Positions 60,489-64,000 of a DNA stretch of 64,000 nt are shown piece after piece. The translations under genes and the position numbers were made by a program. A model generated the notes under the pieces. That model saw only the letters and a list, made by a program, of their open reading frames with translations, searched no databases and was not told the origin of the DNA. Source of the DNA: Narcine bancroftii (Eukaryota); the NCBI RefSeq assembly GCF_036971445.1, contig NC_091480.1:11594001-11658000 (forward strand), written 5' to 3'. Position 1 is the stretch's first letter, and each line of letters opens with the position of its first letter.

Positions 60489-63400
60489 TGTCATGATAAT
60501 GAATATGCATGAGATGTATGCAGATAGAGGTTGAGGTATTAACCTGACCGGAAGTGAGAGGGCATGCAAGCGTTGTATGCAGGCGCGAAATGGTGGAATA
60601 ATGGAAGCAGAGAAATAAAGACACGCTGATGTTCAACAGGTAAATCATGTGTTGATGGTGTTATCAATTTCACATTTCAGGCCATAAATGTGACATTGGC
60701 GATGAGGAGAAACATTTTGGATTTTGAATCCGTGGCTTTGAGCTGGAACGTTTCATCATGGCAGTCACTGGAGCTGAATTTCTAGCACTTCGCGGTGTTC
60801 CTCATTTTGACACGACAGGCGATGCAAGCACTGTAAGTGTGAAGTGGAAGGCATGGCTTGAAGAGTTCGAAGCTTACACCGACAGTCATGGCCTATTCCT
60901 CGATGGGAGTACGGCAGAGCAGAAAACGCAGTGGAGGGCGTTACTTCTCTTCACCGCAGGACCTGCAGTTTGGGAAACTTTTAAGACGCTTTTGAATACT
61001 GGAAGGAAGGAGGAATACCAGAAAGCTGTAGATGCATTGAATGCACACTGAATGCCACATTTCAACACCATTTGTTTCGCAAAACAAAACAGGAAGATGG
61101 GGAAACGGTCGCCCAGTACGTGACGAGATTGCAAGAACTGGCTGTTGGATGGAATTACGTGGCAGCTGATTTGGACAACCAGTTATTGGATCAAGTCGTG
61201 CAGCACTGCAGATCAGACAAACTCAGAAGGCGATTGCTGGAAAAAGGGGGTGAGTTGAAACTTACCAATGCTTAGCAATTGCTGCTGCATTAGAAGCTGT
61301 TGAGGGGCAATTTCATACCATGAAATTGAAAGACAACTCAAGCCAGCCCAGTAAGGACAAAGTTGGTCAAAAAGTAAATAGGCTCTCGCATAGCCATAGC
61401 CAGCCAAGAAATATGCTGACACGTGACTTGGAGTGTTACAGATGTGGAGACAGAGGTCATTTTGGAAAAGACCCATGCTGCCCAGCAAAAGGCAAAGTTT
61501 GTAGAAAGTGTGGAGGGAAAGACCACTTTGCAAAGAAGTGCAAAAACAAGTCAAATGCAAACCAGAATGGGAAGAGTACAGCTTCTCAGGGCAAAGCTTG
61601 GGGGAAAGGAAAGTCTCTGAAAAGAAAGGCAATTATGGACAGAGAAAGCAAGGCACTTTTCGCCATGTAGAAGGTGACCCAGAAAGTGACGATGATGACG
61701 ACAACCAGGATGGGCAGAAATACTATCAGTTTACATTGAATGATGACCATCATGAGAAAGTCCTGGTGATAATTGGTGGTGTGACAGTTCCGGTCATTGT
61801 AGACTCAGGCAGTGACAGTAATGTAATTGACCAACACTTATGGGAGAAATTGAAAAAAAAAAGATAATTTGTACATCAAAGAAGTGTTCAAAGAAACTGT
61901 ATCCATACACAGCAACCAAGCCATTGCAGACCATTGAATGTTTCACTGCGACTGTTGAAGTTGTCATAGACGAGAGGGGAGAACCATTGCTGAGTAGACG
62001 CACGGCGCAAGATCTGGCAATACTTCATATTGGAGCTCATGTCAATTCAGTTCAGTCATACGAGGATATGAAGCAAGAATTCCCCGCAGTTTTCCAGGGA
62101 GTAGGAAAGCTGAAAGGTCGACAACTAAAGCTAGCAGTGGACAAAACGGTCAAACCCAAGGCGCAACCAGTGCGCAGAACCCCATTTGGACTTCGTGGGA
62201 AAGTTGAGGCCAAAATCAAAGAGTTGATTGAGCAAGACATTATTGAACCTGTAGAACATTCAATGCAATGTGTCAGCCCAGTAGTGAACGTGCCCAAACC
62301 AAATGGTGACATGAGACTGTGTGTTGATATGAGGATGACCAATGAAGCTATAATTCAAGAACGACACCTCATACCAACAGTAGAAGAAGTACTCCAGGAG
62401 TTAACAACCAGTCAGGTGTTCTCAAAAATCGCTTTAAAATGGGGCTATCATCAACTAGAGCTGGACCCAGATTCCAGGGACGTGACAACATTTGTGACTC
62501 ACTGTGGATTGTACTGGTACAAGAGGCTATCGTTTGGCATCAATGCAGCTCCTGAGATCTACCAGTACGAAATCCATTGAGTGATTCAAGGCATTCCTGG
62601 AGTCGCCAACATTTCTGATGACATCATAGTCCATGTGGCTACACAGGAAGAGCATGACAGATGGTTGAGGATTGTGCTATCCAGAGTACAGGGGACAGGC
62701 CTTGCGGTGAATGGAGACAAGTGCCAGTTCGGTGTCTCAGAGATGGACTTCATGGGACACAGGCTTACACGGGAAGGACTGAACCCAGCTGATGCTAAGG
62801 TGAAAGCTGTTGCCGATGCACGTGAACCTCAGAATGCAACGGAGATGAGGAGTTTCTTGGGATTGGTCAATTATTGCGCAAAGTTCATCCCTAACTTTGC
62901 TACACTGGGAGAACCACTGAGGAAATTAACCAGGGAAGGTGTACCATTCCATTTTGGCCCTGAGCAGAAGGAAGCATTCACAGCTCTGAAATAAAATCTG
63001 ATGAATGCCGATACTCTTGGGTATTATGATCCAGATGCACCAACCAAAGTCATAGCGGATGCTAGCCCTGTTGGTTTAGGAGCCATGTTGGTCCAGACGC
63101 ATGATGAGGGACCAAGAATCATTGCCTTTGCCAGCAGATCTTTGACAGACGTTGAAAGGAGATATTCTCAGACAGAGAAAGAAGCACTCTGACTTGTATG
63201 GGCCTGCGAGAGATTCCATGCATATTTGTATGGCATTGAATTTGAATTCATCACGGACCATAAACCATTGGAGGTGATCTACACCGCCAGGTCCAAACCG
63301 TGTGCCAGGATAGAATGATGGGTGCTCAGACTCCAACCGTATAAGTACGGAGTAGTCCACATTGCTGGAAAAGCGAACATTGCTGATCCGCTGTCCAGAT

Positions 63401-64000
63401 TGTTGAAAGATGGATGCCCACAATCCAAGTCAGAACTGGGGACAGAAGCAGAGAGCTTTGTACACTTCGTAGCTGTCCAGTCGACACCGGGAGCTGTGAC
63501 AATGAGGGAAGTCGAGAGAGAGTCCGAACATGACCCAGAACTCATGGAAGTTAGAGAATGTATCCAAAGTGGACAATGGGACAAGTGCACTCACAAGGCA
63601 TATGTTCCCATTAGAGACGAACTTTGTTGCATCAGGCAGTGTGTGTTGAGGGGTTGTAGATTGGTGATACCACAGAGGTTGAGACTGAAGATCGTATCAT
63701 TAGCTCATGAAGGACACCTAGATATTGTGGGTACCAAGCAAAACCTCAGGAGTAAAGTATGGTGGCCAGGTTGTGATAAAGATGTGGAGAAATTCGTCAA
63801 AACCTGCCATGGGTGTCATCTCACAAGTAGGAGTAATCCCCCAGAGCTGATCTGGAGTACGCAACTCCCGACAGGACCGTGGATCGATGTAGCTGTTGAT
63901 TTTCTCGGACCTTTACCAACAGGCGAGTTAATCATGGTAGTGGTGGATTACTACAGCAGATACTATGAGTACTCTGTGATGAGGTCAACGACCACAGAAA
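60489..64000 (+). mobile_element. Decayed Ty3/Gypsy LTR retrotransposon (Mag-like): 5' LTR ~60489-60695, PBS 60697-60708, gag from 60758, PR, RT, RNase H, integrase; cut by the window edge
   Basis: TGTCA..TGACA LTR with AATAAA; PBS TGGCGATGAGGA; two zinc knuckles; IVDSGSD protease; RT motifs (LCVDMR, ISDDII); RNase H ADASPVGLG; integrase HHCC and VDFLGPL; multiple stops and frameshifts. Confidence 0.92.

Overview
Repeat-rich vertebrate genomic DNA, most likely a cartilaginous fish (inferred from the V-SINE/HE1-like SINEs and the CR1, Rex1/Babar, Penelope, RTE and Hero repeats). It preserves the human 16p12 block REXO5(-) / ERI2(+) / ACSM3(-). ERI2 is intact: 9 coding exons, 22462-35084, 701 aa, with a DEDDh exonuclease and a C-terminal GRF zinc finger. 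Both neighbours are intron-containing, in-place pseudogenes. REXO5 (exon remnants 1-16335) has stops, frameshifts, dead acceptors, a duplicated RRM exon and no recognisable nuclease exons. ACSM3 (37393-53139) has lesions in 8 of 10 recognisable exons. A 28-bp minisatellite has amplified the ERI2 exon-5 splice donor about 12 times inside the nuclease domain. There are two CpG-island promoters (~22.3 kb and ~55.4 kb), many Penelope-type repeats with hammerhead-like cores, and a decayed Gypsy LTR retrotransposon running off the right end. Homology calls come from manual translation and my recollection of the human proteins, not from database searches.
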